DNA from: Planctomycetota bacterium
GTDB taxonomy: Bacteria; Planctomycetota; Phycisphaerae; Phycisphaerales; Phycisphaeraceae
NCBI GenBank assembly: GCA_039188575.1
Contig: JBCCYY010000010.1
Location: forward strand, 4,836 to 68,835
DNA: 64,000 bases
Direction of reading: 5' to 3'
A program made the translations under genes and the position numbers. Below are positions 25,457-34,725 of this stretch, piece by piece. Position 1 is the first letter of the stretch. Every line of letters begins with the position of its first letter. The notes under the pieces are model-generated. The model ran no database searches, was not told the origin of the DNA, and was given only the letters and a program-made list of their open reading frames with translations.

Positions 25457-27019
25457 TTACTGCGCATCCTCCGCTATCGCGTAGAGGTGGGACTGCGTCG
25501 CGACGTAAAGCACGCCGTTCGCCGCGATCGCACTGGAGTAGATCGGCGCGGGGAACTCGACCTCGGCGAGCAGTTTCTTCTCCGGGCCGGCTTCAAGGAT
25601 CGTCAGGATGCCGTCCTCGTTGCCGAGGAAGACTTTGCCGTCCGCGACAAGCGTGGAGGACCAGATATGGCCGAGCGTGTCGTGGTGCCACTTCTTCTCG
25701 CCGGTCTTTGCGTCTAGGCAATAGAGGTTGCCGGAGTAGTCCGCGGCGTAGACCAGGCCTTTGTGAACGCTCACGGTTGAGATCGTGCGGTCGATTTCTG
25801 TGAAGTCCCAGACGACCTTCGCGATACCGTCGGTAACCTGGGTCGGGTCGATGGCGATGAGTCGGCCGACCCCCTCGCCGTGCTCGGGGTCCTGGCCGAT
25901 TGGCGCGTAGATCAAGCCGTCGTGGATAACCGGCGTCGCGATGTACTCGCTGGGGCCCGGCGGGGTGGCGTAGGGGATCGGCTCGCCTGCCTCATCGAAG
26001 CGGTAGGAAGGCAGGTTGCCGTCGACCTTCCATCGCTCGGGGAGGATGTCGAAGTCGTCCTCGTCCTTGACGGTCTTGGTGTCGTAGCCGTAGACAAAGC
26101 CGTCGCCAGCCCCGAAGACGACGGTGGCCTTGCCGTCGAAGGTACCAAACGATGGGCTGGACCAGTTGCAGTGCAGGATGTTCGGACCGATTCCGCTTCC
26201 ATCTTCGCCGACGAGCTCGCCGGTCTCCGCGTCGAGTGCGATGAGCGAGGGCGCGTTGGGTGCCGGGACATTGATGTGCGACCAGTCCACGCCGTTGGAG
26301 GTCGCGACGTAGAGCACGCCGTCCACGGCAAGGCAGGAGTTGGAGGTGATGTTGTGCGGGAAGACGTTGAGCTCCTCTCGCATGTCGTACTTCCAGATGA
26401 CGTCGGCGTCCTTGGGACCGATCTCGATGGGCGGCTTGCCCTGGCCGGCGTAGTAGGCGCTCTCGTCCTGGAAGCCCTGGTTTCCGTTGGCCATGCCGTT
26501 GAGGTCGAGGCAGACGATCTCGCAGAGGTTGCTGACGACGTAAACCCGGTCGCCGTAGACCGCGGGCGAGGAGCACATGCCTAGGAACTCCCAGTCGCTG
26601 ACCTTGCCCGCCCCGAGCTTGTGCAGGCTGAACTCCCAGATGAGTTCGCCGGTCTTTTCGTCGAAACAGTAGAAGTTGGAGCGGTCACCCTGGTACTTGG
26701 GATCGCGGGGCGTTTCGTTGTTTGTACCGACCAGCACGCGGCCCTGCGAAACCACGGGGTTTCCAAAAGCCTGGCTGCCGAGCTTGGCGACCCACTTGAT
26801 CTTCTTTTTCGTGTCCGGGTCGATCTTACCGGTGCGCCCGATCTCTTCGCCGGGGGCGAAGTCGAAGGGGATCGGCCCGCTATCTGGCGCGACCATGTTG
26901 CGGGAGCCATTCAAACCCCAGACGGGCCAGTCTTCTGCGGAAGAGGAGGATGTAACCGCAGATGAACACAGATAAACGCAGATAAAGGCAGCAAGCCCAG
27001 TCGTTTGTTTTTTCATCAT
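25457..27019 (-). CDS. secreted PQQ-binding-like beta-propeller protein
   Basis: Signal peptide, EDWPVWG...RNM, repeated W.. / SSP / LYCLDAKTGEKKW blades. Confidence 0.9.
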   Translation of the reverse strand: MMKKQTTGLAAFICVYLCSSAVTSSSSAEDWPVWGLNGSRNMVAPDSGPIPFDFAPGEEIGRTGKIDPDTKKKIKWVAKLGSQAFGNPVVSQGRVLVGTNNETPRDPKYQGDRSNFYCFDEKTGELIWEFSLHKLGAGKVSDWEFLGMCSSPAVYGDRVYVVSNLCEIVCLDLNGMANGNQGFQDESAYYAGQGKPPIEIGPKDADVIWKYDMREELNVFPHNITSNSCLAVDGVLYVATSNGVDWSHINVPAPNAPSLIALDAETGELVGEDGSGIGPNILHCNWSSPSFGTFDGKATVVFGAGDGFVYGYDTKTVKDEDDFDILPERWKVDGNLPSYRFDEAGEPIPYATPPGPSEYIATPVIHDGLIYAPIGQDPEHGEGVGRLIAIDPTQVTDGIAKVVWDFTEIDRTISTVSVHKGLVYAADYSGNLYCLDAKTGEKKWHHDTLGHIWSSTLVADGKVFLGNEDGILTILEAGPEKKLLAEVEFPAPIYSSAIAANGVLYVATQSHLYAIAEDAQ

Positions 27020-27088
27020 TCAATCCATTTCACTTCGTATTTGTTGTTTTAGTTTTCAATCTGCGTGTATCCACGTTCATCCGCGGTT
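26954..27088. repeat. 30-bp inverted repeat pair (3 x 10-nt AAC(G/A)CAGAT-type units) enclosing a start codon
   Basis: AACCGCAGATGAACACAGATAAACGCAGAT (26954-26983) versus ATCTGCGTGTATCCACGTTCATCCGCGGTT (27059-27088): 25/30 complementary, 75-nt loop. Confidence 0.8.
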
Positions 27089-27103
27089 CCAAACGCTTCG
27101 ACT

Positions 27104-29488
27104 TTATGGCTTAGGTTCTACTTTCACGTTGTCTACATACACGCGGTGTTTGGACTGCGGGGAGAAGCCGTAGATGCCCGGGCTGCCCTCGGTGTGGCAG
27201 ATCGGGACCTTGACCTCGATGGTCCAGTCCGCGGGCTCGTCCTCGCCCTTGGGCCAGGCCTTGCCGTATACAGTGCCCGTGCCGTCTTCATTAGGGACGA
27301 CCGCCGACTTGATCGTGTACCAGTTCTTGGCAGACCATTTGAACGGCACGGTCTCGGCGATGCGGTTGTGGTTGGAGCTGACCTCGATGGCCTGCTTGTT
27401 GCCATCCAGCACGATGAGGTAGCGCTGGTTGATGACGCCGACGACGCTCATGCCCCGGCGGTTGCCATCACTCATCACATCCGCCTGCACGGTGTAGCCC
27501 GTGTCATCGGGGTGGCCCAGAAAGATCATGGAACGCTGGAAGAGGACACGGTCAAGCGTCTTGGCGAGCACTTTGTTGTCGCCATCGTCGTACGGGTCGT
27601 CGCGGACCTGCCACTTCAGCCGGGCCCCGATCCAGGGCAGCGGCGGGTGGGCGTAGGCGACGCTGTCGTTCTGATCAGTCAGGCTCAACTCGAACGCCTG
27701 GAAGTCGAAGCTGTACGGCGGGACGGGGAGGATGCGCCCGCGCGTTGTGCCGGATATGTTCGCGGGGTTAGATGCTTTGAACGCACCGGCCGAAGGCGCA
27801 TTGGCATCCGACGCGGTGATGGTTGTTCCGTCTATGCTCGCATCCATCTCGACCTTGACCCGCGCGGTCGGTGGAATGAATTTTTTGAATGTCATACCTG
27901 TAACACTGTCGGACAGCTGCATGCCATGACGATCAATGGTCTTGGTAGTTGGTGTGACGGCCTCGCCGGGCTTGAGCAGGAATTCTGCAGGCGTGATCAT
28001 GTACTTAACCGGAGACACTTTAAAGGTCGGTGACGGTCTACTTGCCAAAGCTGTTGTCCCGCCGCTGTCGTTGCCGAAGCAGTAAAGCTTGTCGGTGGTA
28101 TGCACGTAGATTTTGCCGTTCCACACGGTGACGTTGCCAATGCATTTGCCTGCGAGCTTGGTCTGCACGGTATCCGTCGGCTCGGCACGTCCGGGGGTGA
28201 CAACCGACAGGCCATCGTTCCAGTAGGGGATGTACAGCTTGCCGTCCGCGTAGAGCGGGGAGGCGTGCAGCTGGCTCGCGCCTTGTTTCTTCTGCCAGAG
28301 CGTATGGCCGGTCTTGGCGTCCATCGCGATGAGCCTGCCGTCTAGAGCACACTGGTAGACGACACCATCGACGATGACAGGCGAGCTGGTAAACATGCTG
28401 ACATCGTTGTTGCGCCAGACGACCAGGTCGTCTTCGATCTTGACCGGCTTCTCATCACTTTGTAGCGCTTGTACCAGCGCCTGGTCGGCACGGATGGCGA
28501 TCATGTAGCCCCGGCCGGAGTCGCCGACGTTTTCCTTACCGTGCACCTGGATGATCAGGTCGTCGCTAAGCACGTCGGGCGTGCCGTTGTTGTAGATGAT
28601 GGGCGAGGCGTTGACGCCGCCGAGGGACATCTGGTAGCGCCAGAGCGGCTGGCCGGTGCGGATGTTGACGCAGACGAGGTTGCCGCAGCCTGTACCGGCG
28701 TAGAAGACCCGGTAGCCCTGACGGTTTTCGATATGAGGGGTCGAGAACGACGAGTCGGCCAGGAAAGGTGGCCCCACGCCGGGCGTGGAGGACCAGATCA
28801 GCTCGCCGGTATTCTTATCGAAGGCGTAGAAACGGTTTCGTGCCGGCCCCTCGGATCCCCAGTTCGTGGAGATGATGTTGACGATGGCGAGCTGGCCGTC
28901 GATGGTGACGACGCCGGTCCGGCCGTTGGGGAAGGTCAGCCGGCCGTACTGCTCCTGCAGTGAGATGCGCCAGAGCTCGTTGCCATCCCGGTCTAGTGAG
29001 ATGAGCAGGCCCGGCGAGGTGTGGATGAATACGTTGCCGGTCTCGGGGTCGATGGTTGGCCCGCCGATGCTGTAGCGGTTGTAGACGATGTCGGAGATGA
29101 AGTCGGCGTAAGAGCGTGACCAGACCTCTTCGCCGGTCTCGGGATCGAGGCAGTAGAGGGTCTCGGTGAGCTCAGCGCCCTCGCCGGGGTAGCCGAGGAC
29201 AAAGAGTCGGTTGCCCTCGGGGTACTCGGCGATGGCGGCGGTGCCACGGCCCGGCACATCCAGAGTCCAGCGGAGGTTGGCGTCGTCGCCTTCAATGATG
29301 GCTTGCTTGGGCAGACCGGTCTGGTTGCTGATGCCGGTCTGGTCGATGCCGCGCCAACTGAGCTTGCCCTTGATGGGGCTGTTCGGGCCGCCTTCCGGCG
29401 GAGGGTGCAAGATTCCGGTCTTTGTGCCACAGCCAACCGCGAAGGCGATGAGGAGGAAGAGCGGAGCGATGCGCGGGATCAGAGACAT
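27104..29488 (-). CDS. PQQ-binding-like beta-propeller lipoprotein with C-terminal beta-sandwich (lectin/DUF1080-like) domain
   Basis: Lipobox FAVGC; SWRG start of propeller; LYCLDPETGEEVW, SSPVIVDGVVY, LHASPLYADGKLY; C-terminal beta-rich domain ending VYVDNVKV. Confidence 0.85.
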   Translation of the reverse strand: MSLIPRIAPLFLLIAFAVGCGTKTGILHPPPEGGPNSPIKGKLSWRGIDQTGISNQTGLPKQAIIEGDDANLRWTLDVPGRGTAAIAEYPEGNRLFVLGYPGEGAELTETLYCLDPETGEEVWSRSYADFISDIVYNRYSIGGPTIDPETGNVFIHTSPGLLISLDRDGNELWRISLQEQYGRLTFPNGRTGVVTIDGQLAIVNIISTNWGSEGPARNRFYAFDKNTGELIWSSTPGVGPPFLADSSFSTPHIENRQGYRVFYAGTGCGNLVCVNIRTGQPLWRYQMSLGGVNASPIIYNNGTPDVLSDDLIIQVHGKENVGDSGRGYMIAIRADQALVQALQSDEKPVKIEDDLVVWRNNDVSMFTSSPVIVDGVVYQCALDGRLIAMDAKTGHTLWQKKQGASQLHASPLYADGKLYIPYWNDGLSVVTPGRAEPTDTVQTKLAGKCIGNVTVWNGKIYVHTTDKLYCFGNDSGGTTALASRPSPTFKVSPVKYMITPAEFLLKPGEAVTPTTKTIDRHGMQLSDSVTGMTFKKFIPPTARVKVEMDASIDGTTITASDANAPSAGAFKASNPANISGTTRGRILPVPPYSFDFQAFELSLTDQNDSVAYAHPPLPWIGARLKWQVRDDPYDDGDNKVLAKTLDRVLFQRSMIFLGHPDDTGYTVQADVMSDGNRRGMSVVGVINQRYLIVLDGNKQAIEVSSNHNRIAETVPFKWSAKNWYTIKSAVVPNEDGTGTVYGKAWPKGEDEPADWTIEVKVPICHTEGSPGIYGFSPQSKHRVYVDNVKVEPKP

Positions 29489-29526
29489 GCTTAGGCCCTG
29501 TTCGGGGGAGTGGACTAATTCCAGAA

Positions 29527-29547
29527 AAAGTACTGTACACGTACTTT
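29527..29547. promoter_or_regulatory. candidate MarR operator palindrome
   Basis: AAAGTAC-TGTACAC-GTACTTT: perfect 7-bp arms, in the spacer between the divergent operon and the marR gene. Confidence 0.7.
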
Positions 29548-29555
29548 ATAGTCAA
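29527..29555 (-). promoter_or_regulatory. sigma70-type promoter of the 17-gene operon
   Basis: Minus strand TTGACT (29555-29550) - 17 nt - TACTTT (29532-29527), ending about 40 nt upstream of the ATG at 29488. Confidence 0.65.
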
Positions 29556-29573
29556 GCGGGATGACGTTAGAAT
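29545..29573 (+). promoter_or_regulatory. candidate promoter of the marR gene
   Basis: TTTATA (29545-29550) - 17 nt - TAGAAT (29568-29573); ATG at 29596. Confidence 0.45.
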
Positions 29574-29595
29574 CCTTTTGCATCTTACGCACGCT

Positions 29596-30084
29596 ATGAC
29601 GCCACCCAAGCCCCCGATTGATGATCCGCACCGCCGCCGGCTGCCGCCGCTGCTACGGCGTTGTTGGTACGGTTTAAACCAGGCGTTTCGTAAGCGGCTG
29701 GCGATACTTGGGATCACGCCCAATCAGTTCACGGTCCTGCGCTGGCTGGAGGAAGATGATGGCGGCGGCGTCCGCCAAGCTGAGATCTGCTCGCGGATGG
29801 CCAGCGACCCCAACACCATCGCGGCCCTGGTCGAGCGGATGCAGTCCGACGGGCTGATCAAGCGGAAAACCGACCCGACGGACCGCCGGGCCCGCCTGAT
29901 CTCGCTGACCCCCAAGGGCCGACGCGTCTATGCCAAGGCCCGCCCGGTCGCGGTCGAACTGCAGGAAGAGGTGCTCAAGGCGATCCCCGCGGGTGAACGC
30001 GAGAGGCTGCTCGAGCAGATCGAGATCCTCGCGGATGCGTGTCAGGTCGCGCTGGAAGGCGAGGCGGAATCATCCGCGACTTAA
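29596..30084 (+). CDS. MarR-family transcriptional regulator
   Basis: GITPNQFTVLRWL...RQAEICSRM.SDPNTIAALVERMQSDGLIKR..DPTDRRARLISLTPKGR. Confidence 0.95.
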   Translation: MTPPKPPIDDPHRRRLPPLLRRCWYGLNQAFRKRLAILGITPNQFTVLRWLEEDDGGGVRQAEICSRMASDPNTIAALVERMQSDGLIKRKTDPTDRRARLISLTPKGRRVYAKARPVAVELQEEVLKAIPAGERERLLEQIEILADACQVALEGEAESSAT

Positions 30085-30226
30085 ATCCTGATCTAGAATG
30101 ATGCTGTTGCAATTTCAGGGTGGGTGTGGAAAACGTTCAAGCGGCCGTGTATAACTACACTCGGTTAGCCGTCTGTGGTGAGGTGCAAGGTGTTTGCCCC
30201 ATGCGTATGGCTGGAGAAAGGATCAC

Positions 30227-31141
30227 ATGATTTCGATGAAGAAGCGTTTCCGTACTCAACACGGGTTGGCTGCCGTGGCCTGCCTGGCCGTCAGTTCGCA
30301 GGTCTCTGCCCAGTCGATCGCGCTGGTGAATGGCTCGTTTGAGGACCCTGACATCCCGCAGGCCAACCTATCGCTGATCGATTTCAGCCAGATCAACAGC
30401 CAGTTGGAATTCGAGTTTGCGATCGGCCGGCTCTTGTCGGTCGATTTCTTCGGCAGCGGCTGGACACAGACCGGCCCAACCTCGAACTTCACCAACCCGC
30501 CTAATCAGCAGACCGGCGTTTTCAGCAACCAGTCCGTGGTCGTCAACAGCCCGCAGTTCAACGTTCAGATCGATCCGATCGAGAACGTTGATGGTGACGG
30601 CGTCGGCTTCGATCAGCTTGGTTTTATCCTCGCTGACCCGTTCGCGGACGGGGTGCTCAACGATTTTGTTTCGATCCACCAGGCATCCGCCGGCGTCTTC
30701 GAAGCGGATACCGAATACCGCTTTACGCTGGCGGTGGGCCTCTCCAGTGTCTTCCCTGCCGGCGATGACGCGCCGCTACGCATCGCGATCGGGTACCTCG
30801 ACGATACGCCCGGGCTGGAGGGATCTGAAAAGTTCATCGAGCTCGATGGGCTGGACATCATCGCTTCGGACCTCGGCCCGGGTACCGGCACGTCTGGGCC
30901 GACCCCGCTCGAGGACTTCTGGGTCGACCTCACGCCAGACGAAATCGCTCCCGAACTCCTTGGCAAAACGATCGCAGTTGAGATCCGTGTGGACGTGCCT
31001 AGCGATGTGCCGGTGCAAGACCGGTTCAATATCGGTGGCTCGTTCAACTTCGACAACGCACGCCTGACGGTTGTTCCCGAGCCGACCTCGCTTGCACTCT
31101 TAGGTCTTGGCGGACTGTTGGCTCTCCGGCGACGCAGGTGA
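30227..31141 (+). CDS. PEP-CTERM sorting-domain surface protein
   Basis: SD GGAGAAAGG, signal peptide, NGSFEDP beta-sandwich start, C-terminal VVPEPTSLALLGLGGLLALRRRR. Confidence 0.9.
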   Translation: MISMKKRFRTQHGLAAVACLAVSSQVSAQSIALVNGSFEDPDIPQANLSLIDFSQINSQLEFEFAIGRLLSVDFFGSGWTQTGPTSNFTNPPNQQTGVFSNQSVVVNSPQFNVQIDPIENVDGDGVGFDQLGFILADPFADGVLNDFVSIHQASAGVFEADTEYRFTLAVGLSSVFPAGDDAPLRIAIGYLDDTPGLEGSEKFIELDGLDIIASDLGPGTGTSGPTPLEDFWVDLTPDEIAPELLGKTIAVEIRVDVPSDVPVQDRFNIGGSFNFDNARLTVVPEPTSLALLGLGGLLALRRRR

Positions 31142-31235
31142 TTGCACAACGACCTTTCTTGGGGTGACGTACCGGTTTGAGGGGCCTAGACTAAGTGCCG
31201 AGGCAAGGACTGTCTCAGACGAAAGCACGCATGCC

Positions 31236-32024
31236 ATGACTCCGAAACGACGGGCATTTACACTGATCGAGCTCCTGGTCGTAGTGAGCATCATCGCGAT
31301 CCTTATCGCGATCCTGATCCCCGCGCTCGCCTCGGCAAGGGCATCAGCGATCAGCGTGAGCTGTCTCTCGAATCAGCGACAACTCATGATTGCGGTCAGC
31401 ACCCACGCGGCGGACCAGCAGGGCCGTATCCCTTATGGGCCAGAGGAGCCGAACGGCGGACTGTTCAACGGTATCGACGACCTGTACATCATCAACGGCA
31501 TGACGACGAGCCTGATCTCCGACCGCTTTGGCCGGGTCGTTGGGGCAGGCTTATTGCTGGACGACTATCTCTCCGAAACGCCTGAGGTGTTGTTCTGCCC
31601 CGGCGCGGACCAGGAGATCGTCGTGCAGGAGCAGTTGGACCTCGTCGGGGTGGACAACGCGATCAGCGGCTACATCTATCGGCATGGCACCAACACGATC
31701 GCGGACCTTGAAGCATTCCGCGATTTCGGCACCCCGCTCGACCGCCGCATCCAGCTCGACAACCTAGGCTTGAACCGCAACGGCGACCCAGCCCAGGCAA
31801 TGTTTGTCGACAACAATTTCATCCTCCCTGAGGGTTCGTCTTTTGAGGCGTTTCACCGCAGCAACCACGAGCGCAAGTTTGTGAATATCGCCTACGCCGA
31901 TGGCCACGCCGAACAACGGCGGAACGACGACAGTACGTATGAAGTCAACGTGGTGGGGACGAACCTCTTCAACGCGATCGACCAGATGGTCGAGGTGTTT
32001 GAAGCAGCCGACTTGGCAGAATAG
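31236..32024 (+). CDS. prepilin-type N-terminal cleavage/methylation protein (DUF1559-like)
   Basis: KRRAFTLIELLVVVSIIAILIAILIPAL; LFCPG; C-terminal H..N.AYADGH (H-Xn-DG motif). Confidence 0.9.
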   Translation: MTPKRRAFTLIELLVVVSIIAILIAILIPALASARASAISVSCLSNQRQLMIAVSTHAADQQGRIPYGPEEPNGGLFNGIDDLYIINGMTTSLISDRFGRVVGAGLLLDDYLSETPEVLFCPGADQEIVVQEQLDLVGVDNAISGYIYRHGTNTIADLEAFRDFGTPLDRRIQLDNLGLNRNGDPAQAMFVDNNFILPEGSSFEAFHRSNHERKFVNIAYADGHAEQRRNDDSTYEVNVVGTNLFNAIDQMVEVFEAADLAE

Positions 32025-32100
32025 ACCGAACAACGGTTCAACGTTGTTTGATTTGTGTCAGAAGCTCATGTCGTAAACCAGTAATAACGAGGACAGCCCT

Positions 32101-33306
32101 ATGAAACGCGATCGGGTGACAGGTTTAGCCGTTCTTTTTGCCTTAGTTTTCAGTGTTAGCACCATTGCCGCAGACTGGCCGAACTGGCTCGGGCCGAACT
32201 TTGATGGCACGACGACCGACTCGGGCTTTGACCCCGCGTTCGCCAAGGGCGGCATTGACGTCAAATGGTCTAAAGACATCGGTGTGGGGTTCACCGGCGT
32301 CACTGTCGCCGATGGCAAGGCCTATACTGCAGGCTGGAATAAGGGGAACACCACCTTCTTTGCCTTTGATAGCAACACCGGCAAGGAGGCTTGGTCGCAC
32401 AGCTTCCCCACAGCGAAATACGACAACCTCAACGTCGGCGGGCCCTCCGGCACCGCGGCCGTCTCCGAGGGCAAGGTTTACCACATGGCCCGCGACGGCC
32501 AGTTGTTCTGTTACGACGCGGACAGCGGCGACGTCCTTTGGCAGAAGAACCTGACCCGGGAGTACGGCGTGCGGGTCCCGCGTTGGGGCTTCTCCGGCTC
32601 CCCCCTGATCCTCGACGACACGGTCTACCTCGACATCGGCAAGATCATCGCGCTTAACAAAGCTGACGGCAAAGAGCAGTGGGCGACCAAGGACTACGGC
32701 CCGGCGTATTCGACGCCCGCGTTGATGACCTTTGATGGCAAGGACTACCTCGCGGTCTTCCCCGAGTCCGGCTTGTACGTGCTCGAGCGGGACGGTGGCA
32801 AGCAGGTCGCTCACAAACCGTGGGAAACCAGCTACGGCGTGCACGCGGCGACGCCCGTCGTCATCAAGGACAAGTTCATCTTCATGTCCTCCGACTACAA
32901 CACCGGTTGCGCGCTCGTCGAGTTCACCGGCAGAGGCGTCACGACGATCTGGGAAAACAAGAACCTCAAGAACCAGATGTGCACCAGCATCTTCAAGGAC
33001 GGGTACCTGTATGGCTTCGACTCGTCGCAGCTGACCTGCATCGACGCGGAGACGGGCAGGGAGATGTGGAGCCAGCGCGGCCTGGGCCGGGGCACCGTGA
33101 TCATGGCGGGCGAGACGCTGATCGTGCTGTCAGATAAGGGCGAGGTACTGACCGTGCCTGCGTCGCCACGGGGCTACCGCCCGATCAGCAAGGTCGAGGT
33201 GATCGACGGCGACGACACGATCTGGACCTCGCCGACGCTGGCTAACGGGATGCTCTACATCCGCGGTAGCAGGGGCAAGCTGGTTTGTATTGATGTGAGC
33301 AAGTAG
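32101..33306 (+). CDS. secreted PQQ-binding-like beta-propeller protein
   Basis: Signal peptide, ADWPNWLGP, YSTPAL, LTCIDAETGREMW, WTSPTLANGMLYIR. Confidence 0.9.
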   Translation: MKRDRVTGLAVLFALVFSVSTIAADWPNWLGPNFDGTTTDSGFDPAFAKGGIDVKWSKDIGVGFTGVTVADGKAYTAGWNKGNTTFFAFDSNTGKEAWSHSFPTAKYDNLNVGGPSGTAAVSEGKVYHMARDGQLFCYDADSGDVLWQKNLTREYGVRVPRWGFSGSPLILDDTVYLDIGKIIALNKADGKEQWATKDYGPAYSTPALMTFDGKDYLAVFPESGLYVLERDGGKQVAHKPWETSYGVHAATPVVIKDKFIFMSSDYNTGCALVEFTGRGVTTIWENKNLKNQMCTSIFKDGYLYGFDSSQLTCIDAETGREMWSQRGLGRGTVIMAGETLIVLSDKGEVLTVPASPRGYRPISKVEVIDGDDTIWTSPTLANGMLYIRGSRGKLVCIDVSK

Positions 33307-33429
33307 GTCTTTTTAAGCTTCGAACTTGCTGTTTAGCGGGTGACGCGCAGCATCCCGTGCGGAGTCTTTACAATGCACCTGGGACGCTGTGCGTCGCCCG
33401 TTACACCGTTCTGGACAAGGGTCAACAGT

Positions 33430-34710
33430 ATGCGTCACTTCTCTTTCTTGATCTGCCTTACGTTCGTCTTCGGTTGCGCTATGCCTCAGCCGACCCACGC
33501 CGACACAGACTGGCCGCAGTTCCGCGGGTTCGATGGGACCGGTGCCGTGCCCGATGCGGACACGGTGACGAGCCTGGATCTGAAGACCGGCAAGAGCATC
33601 AAGTGGGCGGCCGACATGCCCGGGCCGACCGCCGGCACGCCGGCCATCGTCGGCGACTACATCTTTACCACCGCCGGCACGACCGATACCAACCGGCTCG
33701 TCGCGATGGCGCTGTCACGCAAAACAGGCGAGGTCCTCTGGCAGCACGACGTCGCCGAGGCACGCAAGTCGCGCCAGCGCAGCCGGGAGAATAACCACGC
33801 CGTCTGCTCGCCCGCCGCGGATGATAAGCACGCCTACTTCCTCTTCGGTGGGGGAGACCTCGTTGCGCTGACGCACGAAGGCGAGAAGAAGTGGCACATC
33901 AACCTCACCGAGATGTACGGCAAGATCGAGATCCTCTGGGGCTACTCATCCAGCCCGCTGCTCCTTGACGGCAAGCTGTACGTGATGGTCCTCCGTCGCC
34001 AGCCGTCGTTCCTGCTCTGCATCGACCCGGCGACCGGTGAGGTCCTCTGGAAGCAGGACCGGCCGACCACCGCCGAGGGTGAGTCCCCCGAGTCCTACGC
34101 GAGCCCGATCGCTGCGACCATCGACGGCAAGAAGCAGATCATCTGCTACGGCGGCGACTGCCTCACCGGGCACGACCCGAATACAGGCAAAGAGCTCTGG
34201 CGGTTCACCGAAGACATCAACCCAACGAACAACAAGATGTTCCGCGTCATCTCGGGCCCGACGCAAGGGCTCAACGGCCTGATCTACTTCACCACCCCGC
34301 GTGGCGAAGACCTCTTCGCGGTCGAGGTGAAAGACAACCAGCCCAAGCTCAAATGGATGGCCGAGAAGGTCAACGCTGATGTGCCGTGCCCGGTCTACAC
34401 CGAGACGGGCTTATACGTCCTCAGCGGCGGCAAGAAGCGCATCTTCAAGTTCGACCCGAGCACCGGCGAGAAGCTCTGGGAAGGACGGATCGACACGCCG
34501 GGCTACTTCCGCTGCGGCCCGACCTACGCGAACAAGCACCTCTATCTCATCGACGGCGATGGCGAGTTATTTATCTACTACGCCGGCGATGAGCTGAAGA
34601 AAGTCAGCCGCACCAGCCTTGGCGGCTACCCGACCCGCGCGACGGTCGCTGTCGCGGGTGATGATTTGTTTATCCGCACGGGCAACAAGCTGATTTGCGC
34701 GGGCAAGTAG
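33430..34710 (+). CDS. secreted PQQ-binding-like beta-propeller protein
   Basis: Signal peptide, DWPQFRG, YSSSPLL, LLCIDPATGEVLW, ATVAVAGDDLFIRT. Confidence 0.9.
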   Translation: MRHFSFLICLTFVFGCAMPQPTHADTDWPQFRGFDGTGAVPDADTVTSLDLKTGKSIKWAADMPGPTAGTPAIVGDYIFTTAGTTDTNRLVAMALSRKTGEVLWQHDVAEARKSRQRSRENNHAVCSPAADDKHAYFLFGGGDLVALTHEGEKKWHINLTEMYGKIEILWGYSSSPLLLDGKLYVMVLRRQPSFLLCIDPATGEVLWKQDRPTTAEGESPESYASPIAATIDGKKQIICYGGDCLTGHDPNTGKELWRFTEDINPTNNKMFRVISGPTQGLNGLIYFTTPRGEDLFAVEVKDNQPKLKWMAEKVNADVPCPVYTETGLYVLSGGKKRIFKFDPSTGEKLWEGRIDTPGYFRCGPTYANKHLYLIDGDGELFIYYAGDELKKVSRTSLGGYPTRATVAVAGDDLFIRTGNKLICAGK

Positions 34711-34725
34711 ATTGGCTCTAAGAAG

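Noticed and set aside
26954-26983. Short tandem 10-nt units as a CRISPR or mini-array
   Set aside because: There are no spacers, only three degenerate units, and no cas genes. Treated as a REP-like repeat instead.
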